NCBI GenBank assembly: GCA_035504335.1
Contig: DATJSD010000065.1
Span: 76-64,075 of the forward strand
Reading direction: 5' to 3'
Length of the DNA stretch: 64,000 nucleotides
Source of the DNA: Steroidobacteraceae bacterium
Lineage (GTDB): Bacteria; Pseudomonadota; Gammaproteobacteria; Steroidobacterales; Steroidobacteraceae
Positions 44,137 through 54,167 of the stretch are shown one piece after another (positions within the stretch are counted from its first letter, which is position 1; every line of letters starts with the position of its first letter). The notes under the pieces were generated by a model, which saw nothing but the letters and a program-made list of their open reading frames with translations, had not been told where the DNA came from and searched no databases. A program made the position numbers and the translations under genes.

Positions 44137-46794
44137 ATGCCCCCGCGACGCTACCGTGATGCCTGCGTGATGCGCAGCACTCGCGGCACGGCGCCCAGCG
44201 CCGCCGGCTGGGTCAGCTGGCGCCTGCTGGCGCGCATGCAGCTCTCCGAGCAGCCGCTGCGCACGCTCGCCACGGTGCTCGCCATCGCGCTGGGCGTGGC
44301 GCTGGGCGCGGCGGTGTACCTGATCAATGCGGACGCGCTGGCGGAGTTCGACAGCGCCACGCGACGCGTGGTCGGGGATGCCGATCTGATCGTCCGCGGG
44401 CCGCCGGCAGGCTTCGATGAGCAGCTGTTCGTCAGGCTGGCACGGGATCCGGCGGTCGCCGAGGCGAGCCCGATGCTCGAGCTGCAGCTGGCGCTGCCCT
44501 CGCCGGGCACCCCGCCCGCGGGCGACGCCGCGTCGCGCACGGGCGACGCCGCGTCGCGCACCGCCCCGCGTGCCGCGCCGCGCGGCGATGAGACGCTGCA
44601 GGTGCTGGGCCTGGATCCCTTTCGCGCCGCCGCGCTGCAGCCGGCACTGGTCGGCGCGCTCGGCCCGGATATCACACGCCTGTTCGCCCACGACGCCATC
44701 GTGCTCAGCGATGCGGCCGCCGCCGAGCTGCGGCTGCAGCCGGGAGACACGCTGCGCGTGATCGTCGGCAGCGCGACACGCTCGCTGCGCGTCGTGGACG
44801 TGCTGCCCGCCGGCGCCTATCCGGACGCCCTGGGCGTGATGGACATCGCCGCGGCCCAATGGATGCTCGGACATCTGGGGCGGCTCGATCGCATCGACCT
44901 GCGGCTGCGGGCAGGCGCCGATGCCACGGCCTTTCGCCGCCGGCTCGGCGCCCTGCTGCCACCCGGAGTGGTTGCCACCACGCCGCCCATCGAGAACGGC
45001 CGCGCCGCCACGGCGACGCGCGCCTACCGCGTGAATCTCAACATGCTCGCGCTGGTCGCGCTGCTCACCGGGGCATTCCTGGTGTTCGCCACGCAGTCGC
45101 TGTCGGTGCTGCGCCGGCGCGCGGCGCTCGGTCTGCTGCGCGCCCTCGGGGTCACCCGCGGGGAGCTGCGCCGCGCGCTGCTGGGCGAGGGGGCGGCGAT
45201 CGGGGCCGCCGGCTCATTGCTCGGACTCGCCCTGGGCGCGGCGACCGCGACGCTGGTGCTGCGCTCTCTGGGCGCGGATCTGGGTAACCGGCAGCTGACG
45301 GCGCTGCACGCGAGCTTCGGCGTGCATCCCTGGGCGATGCTCGGCTTTGCGATGCTGGGCACGCTGGCGGCCGCGATCGGCGCGTGGCTGCCGGCCTGCG
45401 AGGCGGCGCGCCGTGCGCCGGCGGCCGCTCTGAAGGCCGGAGACGTCGAGCCGCGGCTCGCGCGGCTGCCGACGAGGTCCCCGGGGCTCGCGCTGCTCGC
45501 CGCGGGGGCGCTGCTCGCCTGGCTGCCACCGCTCGCCGGGCTGCCGCTCGCCGGCTACCTGTCGGTCGGATGCCTGCTGATCGGCGCGGTGCTGCTCGTG
45601 CCCTGGTTGACGCACTCGGTCATGCAGGCGCTGCCGCACACCGGCCACGTGGTGCTCGACGCTTCGGTCGCGCAGCTGCGCGGCAGCGCCGGCTCGGCCA
45701 CGGTCAGCCTGGCGACCGTGATCGTCAGCTTCAGCCTGATGGTGGCCATGGCCATCATGGTGCACTCGTTCCGCGACTCCTTCGAGCTGTGGCTGGTGAG
45801 GCTGCTGCCGGCGGACCTGTCGCTGCGCGCCGCGCCAGGCAGCGATTCGGTGCGCCTGAGCGAGCAGGAGCAGCGGCGCATCGCGCGGCTGCCCCAGGTC
45901 GCGCGCGCCGAATTCGAGCATCAGCAGCCGCTGTACCTGCGCGCCGATGATCCGGCGGTGACGCTGATCGCGCAGGATATCTCCGCCGATCGCGCCGCCG
46001 GCGTGCTGCCGCTGGTACAAAGCGCCGCGCGGCCGCTACCGACGGGCGCGCGCGCCGCATGGATCTCCGAAGCGCTGCGCGACCGGGGCATCGGGCAGCC
46101 GGGCGGCTGGATCGAATTGCCGCTGGCGGGCCGCGAGCGAAGATTTTTCATTGCCGGAGTGTGGCGCGACTACGTGCATCCGGACGGCGCGGTCGTGATC
46201 TCACGCGCCGACTACGTGGCCTGCACCGCCGACCACAGTGCGACGCAGGCACAGATCTGGCAGCGTCCGGGGGCCGACACTGCCGGCACCGAGGCCGCCA
46301 TCCGTGCGCAGCTGGCGAGCCCCGGAGCCGTGCAGCTGCTGTCCGACTCGCAGCTGCGCGAGCGCTCGCTGCGCGCCTTCGATCGCGCGTTCGTGATCAC
46401 CTACGCGCTCGAGGCGGTGGCGGTGCTGATCGGTCTGGCCGGCATCAGCGTGGCCGCCAGCGCGGGGGCGCTCGCGCGGCGCGGTCAGTTCGGCATGCTG
46501 CGGCACCTCGGGCTGCTGCGCCGGCAGGTGCTCGGGATGCTCGCCTGCGAGGGCGTGCTGCAGAGCGCGCTGGCCGTGGCGTGCGGTCTGGCCCTCGGGG
46601 TGGTGCTCAGCCTGGTGCTGGTGTACGTGATCAACCGCGAGTCGTTCCACTGGAGCATCGACCTGTCGGTGCCGTGGAGCACGCTGGCGGCGCTGAGCCT
46701 GATACTGATCGGCGCGGCCGCATGCACCGCTCTGTGGAGCGGACGCGCCGCCATGGGAGCCGACGTGGTGCGCGCCGTGCGGGAGGATTGGTGA
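44137..46794 (+). CDS. FtsX-family ABC transporter permease with duplicated FtsX domains
   Basis: 885 aa. Two blocks of 4 TM helices with FtsX-like loops (LGVTRGELRRALLGEG; LGLLRRQVLGMLACEG). The start is uncertain (44137 or ATG at 44170). Confidence 0.8.
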   Translation: MPPRRYRDACVMRSTRGTAPSAAGWVSWRLLARMQLSEQPLRTLATVLAIALGVALGAAVYLINADALAEFDSATRRVVGDADLIVRGPPAGFDEQLFVRLARDPAVAEASPMLELQLALPSPGTPPAGDAASRTGDAASRTAPRAAPRGDETLQVLGLDPFRAAALQPALVGALGPDITRLFAHDAIVLSDAAAAELRLQPGDTLRVIVGSATRSLRVVDVLPAGAYPDALGVMDIAAAQWMLGHLGRLDRIDLRLRAGADATAFRRRLGALLPPGVVATTPPIENGRAATATRAYRVNLNMLALVALLTGAFLVFATQSLSVLRRRAALGLLRALGVTRGELRRALLGEGAAIGAAGSLLGLALGAATATLVLRSLGADLGNRQLTALHASFGVHPWAMLGFAMLGTLAAAIGAWLPACEAARRAPAAALKAGDVEPRLARLPTRSPGLALLAAGALLAWLPPLAGLPLAGYLSVGCLLIGAVLLVPWLTHSVMQALPHTGHVVLDASVAQLRGSAGSATVSLATVIVSFSLMVAMAIMVHSFRDSFELWLVRLLPADLSLRAAPGSDSVRLSEQEQRRIARLPQVARAEFEHQQPLYLRADDPAVTLIAQDISADRAAGVLPLVQSAARPLPTGARAAWISEALRDRGIGQPGGWIELPLAGRERRFFIAGVWRDYVHPDGAVVISRADYVACTADHSATQAQIWQRPGADTAGTEAAIRAQLASPGAVQLLSDSQLRERSLRAFDRAFVITYALEAVAVLIGLAGISVAASAGALARRGQFGMLRHLGLLRRQVLGMLACEGVLQSALAVACGLALGVVLSLVLVYVINRESFHWSIDLSVPWSTLAALSLILIGAAACTALWSGRAAMGADVVRAVREDW
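44521..44562. repeat. 21-bp in-frame tandem duplication in the permease gene
   Basis: ggcgacgccgcgtcgcgcac(g/c) at 44521 and 44542, encoding GDAASRT twice. Confidence 0.9.
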
Positions 46795-48032
46795 GCGCGG
46801 TCCGTGCCGCGGCGGCGCTGGCGCTGGCGCTCGCGCTCGCGCTGCTGCCGGGCGTCGCGCCCACGACGGCGGCCACGAGCGCGGCGGACACGAGCGCGGC
46901 GAACACGAGCGCCTCGAGCGGCGTGCCCGCCTCCGGCCCGGCCCCCGCGGGCGCCTACCCGGGTGGGGACTCCGCGCAGGTGGTGCCGGGCCGTACGCTG
47001 CAATTCCCGCGCGACTACGGCAGCCACCCGCAGTTCGGCATCGAATGGTGGTATGTCACCGGCTGGCTGCGCGATGCGTACCAACACTCGCTGGGCTTTC
47101 AGATCACCTTCTTTCGCGTGAAGCCGACGCTGGACGCCGACAATCCGAGCGCCTTCACTCCCCGGCAGCTGCTGATCGCTCATTGCGCATTGAGCGATCC
47201 GGCGCATGGACGGCTGTGGCAGGACCAGCGCATCCGGCGCGCGGGGCTGGGCCTGGCCGAGGCGGCGAGCGGCGATACGCGCGTGTGGATCGATGACTGG
47301 CGGCTCGAGCGGCACGCCGCCGCCGGCGGGGGGAGCGTCTATCGCGCGCAGCTGCAGGCCGATGACTTCGCCCTGGACCTGACGCTCTCGGGCGCTGCGC
47401 CACCGATGCTCAATGGCGTGGCGGGCTTCAGCCAGAAGGGACCCGCGCCGAGCTCGGCGAGCGAGTACTACAGCGAGCCGCACCTCGCGGTCAGCGGCAG
47501 CGTGGTGCGCTCGGGCCGGCGCGCGACGGTGCAGGGCGAGGCCTGGCTGGATCACGAATGGGCCAGCGAGTACCTGGATCCGCGGGCGCGGGGTTGGGAC
47601 TGGGTGGGACTGAATCTGGACGATGGCGGTGCGCTGATGGCGTTCGTGATCCGCGACCGCCGGGGCAGACCCTACTGGGCGGGCGGCACGCTGCGCGACG
47701 CGGCCGGCCATACGCGCACGTTCGGCCCGGGCGACATCGCCTTCACGCCCCTGTCGTACTGGCGCTCACCGCGCAGCGGTGTGCGCTACCCGGTGAGCGA
47801 GCGCGTGCGCGTGGGGCCGCGCCAGTACGTGCTCGCGCCGCTCATGAACGATCAGGAGTTCGACGCGCGCCTGACCAGCGGTGCGTTCTACTGGGAAGGG
47901 GCCGTGACGGCCCGCGCCGTCGGGCCCGTCGGGCACGCCGGGCGCGCGGGGCTCGCCGGGCCCGCGGCGGCGGGCGCCGGCCGCGGCTACCTGGAGCTGA
48001 CCGGCTATGATCGTCCGCTGTCGCTGCGGTAA
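46791..48032 (+). CDS. AttH-like / CrtC-like lipocalin-fold exported protein
   Basis: The GTG at 46791 overlaps the permease TGA and follows GGGAGGA. Signal peptide. [22 protein letters not shown] and AWLDHEW motifs are typical of AttH / hydroxyneurosporene-synthase-like proteins. Confidence 0.75.
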   Translation: MSAVRAAAALALALALALLPGVAPTTAATSAADTSAANTSASSGVPASGPAPAGAYPGGDSAQVVPGRTLQFPRDYGSHPQFGIEWWYVTGWLRDAYQHSLGFQITFFRVKPTLDADNPSAFTPRQLLIAHCALSDPAHGRLWQDQRIRRAGLGLAEAASGDTRVWIDDWRLERHAAAGGGSVYRAQLQADDFALDLTLSGAAPPMLNGVAGFSQKGPAPSSASEYYSEPHLAVSGSVVRSGRRATVQGEAWLDHEWASEYLDPRARGWDWVGLNLDDGGALMAFVIRDRRGRPYWAGGTLRDAAGHTRTFGPGDIAFTPLSYWRSPRSGVRYPVSERVRVGPRQYVLAPLMNDQEFDARLTSGAFYWEGAVTARAVGPVGHAGRAGLAGPAAAGAGRGYLELTGYDRPLSLR

Positions 48033-49984
48033 CCGCGCCAGGCGCGCAGCGCCGCGAGCGCGCCGCGTCGACCGCGCAGGCGCGCACGCATCAGCGCCGG
48101 GGCGACCGATTGCCACCATTCGAGGATGCGCACCTCGAGGCTGGCGCGGTCCAGCCCCGCGCTGACCAGGCAATCCTCGCGCGAGCCGTGCTCGACGAAG
48201 CGGTCCGGGATGCCGCAGTTGAGCACCGGCAGACGCACCTCCGCCGCCAGCAGCGCCTCGTTGATGGCGCTGCCGGCCCCGCCGGCCACCGCGTTTTCCT
48301 CCACCGTGACGATCGCATCGTGCTCGGCGGCGATCTCCAGCAGGGTGTCGCGATCCAGCGGCTTGACGAAGCGCATGTTCACGAGGGTCAGATCATGCGT
48401 CTCGGCCAGTGCCTCGCACGCGCAGACCATGGGGCCGAAGGCGAGGATCGCCAGACCCTGCCCCACGCGGCGCACCTGCGCCTTGCCGATCGGATAGGGG
48501 AACATCGGGCTCTGCGCCTTCACGCCCGGCCCCGCGCCACGCGGATAGCGCACGGCCGCCGGCTGCCCGCAGACCAATGCCGTGTACAGCATCTGCCGAC
48601 ATTCGTTCTCATCCGCCGGCGCCATGATCACCAGGTTCGGAATGCAGCGCTGATACGAGAGGTCGAAGCTGCCCTGGTGGGTCGCACCGTCCCCACCCAC
48701 CAGCCCCGCGCGGTCCACGGCGAACACCACCGGCAGCTTCTGCAGCGCCACGTCGTGGATCAGCTGGTCGTAGGCACGCTGCAGGAAGGTCGAATAGATC
48801 GCCACCACCGGCTTCAGTCCGTCGCAGGCCATGCCGGCGGCCACCGTCACGGCGTGCTGCTCGGCGATGCCGACGTCGAAGTAGCGCGCCGGGAAGCGCC
48901 TGGAGAACTCCACCAGGCCGGAGCCCTCGCGCATCGCGGGGGTGATGGCCACCACGCGCTCATCGAGCGCGGCGATGTCGTTGAGCCACTGTCCGAAGAC
49001 CTGCGAGTAGCTCGGTCCGCTGCTCTTTTCCTTGAGGACGACACCGGTGCGCGGATCGAATGGGCCGGGGCCGTGCCAGGTGATCGGATCGGCCTCGGCG
49101 GGTGCGTATCCCTTGCCCTTGGTGGTCACCACGTGCAGCAGGTGCGGGCCCTGGCGCTCACGCAGATTGCGCAGTGTCGCCACCAGAGCTCCCAGATCGT
49201 GGCCGTCGATCGGACCGACGTAGTGCAGGCCCATGTCGTCGAAGATGGTCTCCGGTCGCATGATCCCGCGCACGAAGGCCTGGGAGCTGCGCGCCAGCGC
49301 CAGCGCCGGCGGCACGCGTCGCAGCAGCCGCTTGCCGCTGGCGCGCAAATCCGCGTAACGCTTGCTCGACAGCAGCCGCGCGAGGTAGTTGGAGAAGGCG
49401 CCGATCGCTTCCGAGATCGACATGTCGTTGTCGTTGAGCACCACCAGCATGTCCAGGTCGAGCGAGCCGATGTGGTTGAGCGCCTCGAAGGCCATCCCCG
49501 CGCTCATCGCCCCATCGCCGATCACCGCGGCCACGCGCCGCGATTGACCGGTGCGCGCGGCGGCGATCGCCATGCCGAGCGCGGCGCTCAACGAGGTGCT
49601 CGAGTGTCCGGCGCCGAAGGCGTCGTAGGGACTCTCGTGGCGGGCGAGGAACGGGGCGAGGCCGCCCTTGTGCTTGATCGTCGAGAGCCGCTCGCGCCGC
49701 CCGGTCAGCACCTTGTGCGGATAGGCCTGGTGCCCGACGTCCCACACCAGCCGATCGTGCGGGGTCTGGTAGACGTAATGCAGCGCCACGGTCAGCTCGA
49801 CCGCACCCAGCCCCGCGGCGAAGTGACCGCCCTTCTGGCTGACCGCCTCGATCAGATAGGCGCGCAGCTCCTGCGTCACCTGCGGCAGCTCGGCCTGCGG
49901 CAGCCGCCGCAGGTCCGCGGGCGACTCGATCGCGCTCAACAGCGGGTAGGCGTCCACGGTCGGCATGATGCGCTCCGTGTCCAT
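48005..49984 (-). CDS. dxs: 1-deoxy-D-xylulose-5-phosphate synthase
   Basis: ATG at 49984, 8 nt after the ispA stop. [24 protein letters not shown] (TPP motif), transketolase-like C-terminus. Its 3' end overlaps the convergent AttH-like gene by 28 nt. Confidence 0.92.
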   Translation of the reverse strand: MDTERIMPTVDAYPLLSAIESPADLRRLPQAELPQVTQELRAYLIEAVSQKGGHFAAGLGAVELTVALHYVYQTPHDRLVWDVGHQAYPHKVLTGRRERLSTIKHKGGLAPFLARHESPYDAFGAGHSSTSLSAALGMAIAAARTGQSRRVAAVIGDGAMSAGMAFEALNHIGSLDLDMLVVLNDNDMSISEAIGAFSNYLARLLSSKRYADLRASGKRLLRRVPPALALARSSQAFVRGIMRPETIFDDMGLHYVGPIDGHDLGALVATLRNLRERQGPHLLHVVTTKGKGYAPAEADPITWHGPGPFDPRTGVVLKEKSSGPSYSQVFGQWLNDIAALDERVVAITPAMREGSGLVEFSRRFPARYFDVGIAEQHAVTVAAGMACDGLKPVVAIYSTFLQRAYDQLIHDVALQKLPVVFAVDRAGLVGGDGATHQGSFDLSYQRCIPNLVIMAPADENECRQMLYTALVCGQPAAVRYPRGAGPGVKAQSPMFPYPIGKAQVRRVGQGLAILAFGPMVCACEALAETHDLTLVNMRFVKPLDRDTLLEIAAEHDAIVTVEENAVAGGAGSAINEALLAAEVRLPVLNCGIPDRFVEHGSREDCLVSAGLDRASLEVRILEWWQSVAPALMRARLRGRRGALAALRAWRGYRSDSGRS

Positions 49985-49991
49985 TGCGGCC

Positions 49992-50897
49992 TCAGTTGCG
50001 ACGCGCCAGCAGCCAGCCCGACACCGCGCGCAGCGGCTCGGCGGCCGCGCCGAAGCTCTCGAGCGCCTCGTGCGCCTGCTCGTGCAGCCGCTGCATGCGC
50101 TCGCGCGCCGCTCCGACGCCCGACAGCACCGCGTAGGTGGGACGCGCCTGGCGCACATCGGCGCCGACCGCCTTGCCGAGCGTGGCGACGTCACCGGTCG
50201 CGTCGAGCACGTCGTCCTTGATCTGAAATGCCAGCCCGACGGCGCGCGCGTAGCGCTCCAGTGCCGCGTGCGCTTCGCGGGACAGGCGCGCCACGCAGGC
50301 CGCCGCCATCATGACGCTCGCGCGGATCAGCGCTCCGGTCTTGCGCTCGTGCATCGCCTCGACCTCTGAGACCGACAGGCTGCGCCCCTTGGCCGCAAGA
50401 TCGATCGCCTGTCCGCCGGCCATGCCCAGGCTGCCGCTCGCCTGCGCGAGCAGCTCCACGAGCCGCAGGCGAATGCCCGCGTCGGCCGGCAGCGCCGCAT
50501 CGCGCGACAGCAGCTCGAAGGCGAGCGGCTGCAGCGCATCGCCCACCAGCACGGCCGTGGCCTCGTCGTAGGCGCGATGGCAGGTCGGCTTGCCGCGCCG
50601 CAGGTCATCGTTGTCCATCGCCGGCAGGTCATCGTGCACCAGCGAGTAGGCGTGGATCAGCTCCACCGCGCAGGCCGCCGCCTCCACCTGCTCCTCGGTC
50701 AGCCCGAGCGTACGGGCGGTGGCGAACAGCAGCACCGGCCGCACGCGCTTGCCCCCACCCAGCACCGCATAGCGCATGGCCGCGTGCAGCCGCTCGGGCA
50801 CACGCTCGGGGCCCGGCAGCCGCGCCGCCAGCGCCTGCTCGATGCGCTGCTGCCAGGAGTGCAGCTGTGCCGGGAAGCCCTCGCCGGAGACGTCCAT
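49992..50897 (-). CDS. ispA: (2E,6E)-farnesyl diphosphate synthase
   Basis: ATG at 50897 after GGAGG. First and second Asp-rich motifs [17 protein letters not shown] and FQIKDDVLD. Confidence 0.9.
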   Translation of the reverse strand: MDVSGEGFPAQLHSWQQRIEQALAARLPGPERVPERLHAAMRYAVLGGGKRVRPVLLFATARTLGLTEEQVEAAACAVELIHAYSLVHDDLPAMDNDDLRRGKPTCHRAYDEATAVLVGDALQPLAFELLSRDAALPADAGIRLRLVELLAQASGSLGMAGGQAIDLAAKGRSLSVSEVEAMHERKTGALIRASVMMAAACVARLSREAHAALERYARAVGLAFQIKDDVLDATGDVATLGKAVGADVRQARPTYAVLSGVGAARERMQRLHEQAHEALESFGAAAEPLRAVSGWLLARRN

Positions 50898-50919
50898 GAC
50901 GGCCTCCGCGCCCACGCCG

Positions 50920-52083
50920 CTAGGTCTCCGTGCCGGCCGTGGCGTCGCCGCGCACCGCTCGCCTGACCGCGTGCACCGGAACGGTCGCCTCGGCCGCGGG
51001 TCGCGCGTGCTCGTGATGGCGCCGCTCGTCGTAGACGAACGCCACCTCGGGAGCCATGGGTCCCTCGACGCGCGGGCCACGCAGGCGTACCGCCAAGGCC
51101 TTGAGCGGGTGACGCAGCGTGTCCTCGATGGCCGTGCCCTCGAAGCCGCAGTGCGCCATGCAGTTGTCGCAGCGCGGATCCACCCCGACGCCGTAGCGCG
51201 TCCAGTCGGTGTCGTCCATCAGCTCGCGATAACTCGACACGTACCCATCGTCGGCGCGCAGGTAGCACGGCCGCTGCCAGCCGAAGATGTTGTAGGTGGG
51301 ATTGCTCCACGGGGTGCAGTGATAGGTCTGGTTGCCGGCGAGGAAGTCGAGGAACAGCCCGGACTGGTTGAACACCCAGCGCCGCCGGCTGTGCGCACCG
51401 CGCGCGAAGATGTCGCGAAACAGCTGCTTGCTCTCGGTGCGTCCCATGAACACGTCGTGACGCGGCGCGTGCTCGTAGTGGTAGCCCGGGGAGATGGTGA
51501 TCGCCTCGACGCCCAGGGAGGTGGCGAAGTCGAAGAATTCGGCGACCTCGTCCGGATCCTCCTTGGAGAACAGCGTGCAATTGATGGTGACGCGAAAGCC
51601 ACGCTCGCGCAGCAGCCTGATCGCCGCCACGGCCTTGTCGAATACGCCCTCCTCGCACACCGAGGCGTCGTGGCGCTCGCGATTGCCGTCCAGGTGGATG
51701 GAGAAGGTCAGGTACGGGGAGGGCTGGTACTCGTCGATGTGCCGCTTGAGCAGGATCGCGTTGCTGCACAGGTAGATGAATTTCTTGCGCTCGATGATGC
51801 CGCGAACGATCTGCGGCATCTCCTTGTGGATCAGCGGCTCGCCGCCGGGAATCGACACGATCGGCGCGCCGCACTCATCCACGGCGCGCAGCGCGTCCTG
51901 CACGCTCATGCGCCGCTGCAGGATCTCCTTCGGATAATCGATCTTGCCGCAGCCCGCGCACGCGAGGTTGCACTGGAACAGCGGCTCGAGCATCAGCACC
52001 AGCGGATATCGGGCGTCGCCGCGCAGCTTGCGCGCCAGGATGTACTGGCCCACCCGATATTTCTGGATCAGCGGAATCCCCAT
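50920..52083 (-). CDS. hpnH: adenosyl-hopene transferase (radical SAM)
   Basis: ATG at 52083. CNLACAGC radical-SAM cluster motif. Strong resemblance to HpnH (PLVLMLEPLFQCNL, YHCTPWSNPTYNIFGWQRPCYL). Confidence 0.88.
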   Translation of the reverse strand: MGIPLIQKYRVGQYILARKLRGDARYPLVLMLEPLFQCNLACAGCGKIDYPKEILQRRMSVQDALRAVDECGAPIVSIPGGEPLIHKEMPQIVRGIIERKKFIYLCSNAILLKRHIDEYQPSPYLTFSIHLDGNRERHDASVCEEGVFDKAVAAIRLLRERGFRVTINCTLFSKEDPDEVAEFFDFATSLGVEAITISPGYHYEHAPRHDVFMGRTESKQLFRDIFARGAHSRRRWVFNQSGLFLDFLAGNQTYHCTPWSNPTYNIFGWQRPCYLRADDGYVSSYRELMDDTDWTRYGVGVDPRCDNCMAHCGFEGTAIEDTLRHPLKALAVRLRGPRVEGPMAPEVAFVYDERRHHEHARPAAEATVPVHAVRRAVRGDATAGTET

Positions 52084-52742
52084 GCTCGCGTGCCTCCCGG
52101 TAGCAGGATGTCGTTCAGGTGATCGCGCTGGATCTGCTGCCACTCGAGCTTGAACCAGGGCGTGTAGTGCTCCGCCGGGTCCGCCAGCTGTGCCTGCAGC
52201 TCCGCCAGCCCCATCCAGCGCCAGTCGCTGACCTCCGCGTGGTTGGCGCGTACCGGGGTGCTGCTGCGGCCGTAGAACACCGAGCACAGTTCATACTCGG
52301 CGCTGCCGGAATCGTATTGCGCCTGATACTTGAACTTGAACAGGAATGTCAGCGCACAGTGCAGTCCGAGCTCCTCCATCAGGCGGCGGTGGATCGCCGT
52401 GCTCATGCTCTCCCCGCAGCGCGGGTGGCTGCAGCAGCTGTTGGACCAGTAGCTGGGCCACAGACTCTTGCCGGCACTGCGCTGCTGCACCAGCAGCTCG
52501 TCGCGCGCATTGAAAATGAACAGCGAGAACGCCCGGTGCAGCACCCCGCCGCCGGCGTGACAGTCGGCCTTGGCCATGTGGCCGATCTCGCGATCCGCAT
52601 CGTCAACCAGGATGAGCTGCTCGGCGCCTGGCGCGCCTTCGAGGTCAGCCGGCGCTCCGCCCGCGGCCTCGGGCTCGACGCCGCCGTCCTGGCGGTCGAC
52701 CAACTGGTGCTTTTTTCTTACAGTATTTCGCAATTCCGTCAA
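52068..52742 (-). CDS. idi: isopentenyl-diphosphate delta-isomerase, type 1 (Nudix)
   Basis: LHRAFSLFIFN, WSNSCCSHP, E..RRL.EELG motifs. TTG start at 52742, so the true N-terminus is uncertain. Overlaps the hpnH start by 16 nt. Confidence 0.85.
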   Translation of the reverse strand: MTELRNTVRKKHQLVDRQDGGVEPEAAGGAPADLEGAPGAEQLILVDDADREIGHMAKADCHAGGGVLHRAFSLFIFNARDELLVQQRSAGKSLWPSYWSNSCCSHPRCGESMSTAIHRRLMEELGLHCALTFLFKFKYQAQYDSGSAEYELCSVFYGRSSTPVRANHAEVSDWRWMGLAELQAQLADPAEHYTPWFKLEWQQIQRDHLNDILLPGGTRAWGFR

Positions 52743-52849
52743 GCAGTTTCTCCGTTCGTATTAGTGGCCGACGTCAGCGATCCGGTACGCGCCCAGGCGC
52801 ACCGAGCCTGCTTACCAGAACGGTGCAGACGCACAGATAATACACAGTC

Positions 52850-54088
52850 ATGGGGAGTTGGCCAGTTTTATCTGTCGCGATGCACGAAATAGCGGCCATT
52901 GTAGGGAGTTTACTGACCGCGTCGGCAGCGCTGTACGCCCTGTGCGCCGCGGTGGTGATGCGCCGGGCGCGCCGCGCGCTCGCGCCGGATCAGGCCCTGC
53001 AGCCCCCCTCCCCGCCGGTGACGATACTGAAGGCGCTGTGCGGCGCCGAGCCGGGCCTGCGCGCGCAGCTGCGCTCCTTCTGTGGCCAAAACTACCCAGT
53101 CTTCCAGGTGGTCTTCGGCGTGCGCGACGCCGCCGATCCGGCACTGCAGGTGGTGCAGGAGCTGCGGGCGGAATTTCCCGGGCTGGATTGCACCGTGGTC
53201 GTCGATCCCACCCTGCACGGCTGCAACAACAAGGTCAGCAACCTGCTCAACATGCTGCCGCGCGCCTGCCATCCGCTGCTGGTGATGGCCGACAGCGACG
53301 TCATCGCCCCGCCGGACTATCTGCGGCGCATCGTCGCGCCGCTGGCCGACCCCGGTGTGGGCCTGGTGACCTGTGCCTACTTCGGCCGGCCCGTGACGGC
53401 GCCCGCGAGCGCCCACGGCGCGGCACTGCCGGCACTGCCGGCGCCGCCGGCAGCGCCGCCGCGCCTCACCTCGCGGCTCGGGGCCATGTTCATCAACGAG
53501 TGGTTCATGCCCGCGGTGCTGCTGGCGGCGCGCTTCGGCTCGCGCTCGTTCGTTTCCGGCGCAACGATTGCGATGCGCGCCGAGGTGCTCGCGGCGATCG
53601 GCGGACTGACACCCCTGGCCGATCAGCTGGCCGATGACTACAGGCTCGGCGAGCGGGTGCGGCGGCACGGATGGCGCATCGTGCTGTCGGACGTCGCCGT
53701 CGAGACCACGGTCAGCGAGCCGGGGCTGCGGGCGCTGTGCCGCCACGAGCTGCGCTGGCTGCGCACGATCCAGTCGGCCCAGCCCCTCGGCTACGCCTGC
53801 TGCTTCCCGAGTCTGGCCCTGCCCACGGCCCTGGTCGGCGCGGCGCTGGCGGGATTTCACGCTGTGGCGTTGGCGCTGCTGGGCATCACTGCCGCCGCCC
53901 GTCTCGTGCTACATTATTTTGCAGGTGCAGACGACCTCCGGCAGCGCCGCACAGATGTGGCGCTGGTACCACTGCGCGATGCGCTGCTGGCGGTACTCTG
54001 GGTCTGGAGCTTCCGCAGGCGCGAAGTCGTGTGGCGCGAGCAGCGCTTCGGAATCGGTGCGGATGGCTCGCTGCGCCGGGTCGGTTGA
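52850..54088 (+). CDS. hpnI: hopanoid-associated GT2 glycosyltransferase
   Basis: 412 aa. TILKALCG..E, DSDV, and the ceramide-glucosyltransferase-like QxxRW region (HELRWLRT). Immediately upstream of hpnJ and hpnK. The start is uncertain (52850 or 52880). Confidence 0.75.
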   Translation: MGSWPVLSVAMHEIAAIVGSLLTASAALYALCAAVVMRRARRALAPDQALQPPSPPVTILKALCGAEPGLRAQLRSFCGQNYPVFQVVFGVRDAADPALQVVQELRAEFPGLDCTVVVDPTLHGCNNKVSNLLNMLPRACHPLLVMADSDVIAPPDYLRRIVAPLADPGVGLVTCAYFGRPVTAPASAHGAALPALPAPPAAPPRLTSRLGAMFINEWFMPAVLLAARFGSRSFVSGATIAMRAEVLAAIGGLTPLADQLADDYRLGERVRRHGWRIVLSDVAVETTVSEPGLRALCRHELRWLRTIQSAQPLGYACCFPSLALPTALVGAALAGFHAVALALLGITAAARLVLHYFAGADDLRQRRTDVALVPLRDALLAVLWVWSFRRREVVWREQRFGIGADGSLRRVG

Positions 54089-54167
54089 TCTGAGCAGCGT
54101 GTGCCAAGACAGCGCTCTGGTGCCGTGACCATACTCGAGATGCCATGACAGAACTCAAGGATCAGCG

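Noticed and set aside
48110-50221. 703-aa plus-strand ORF
   Set aside because: It is antisense to dxs and ispA. The translation is Arg/Ala/His-rich with no motifs.
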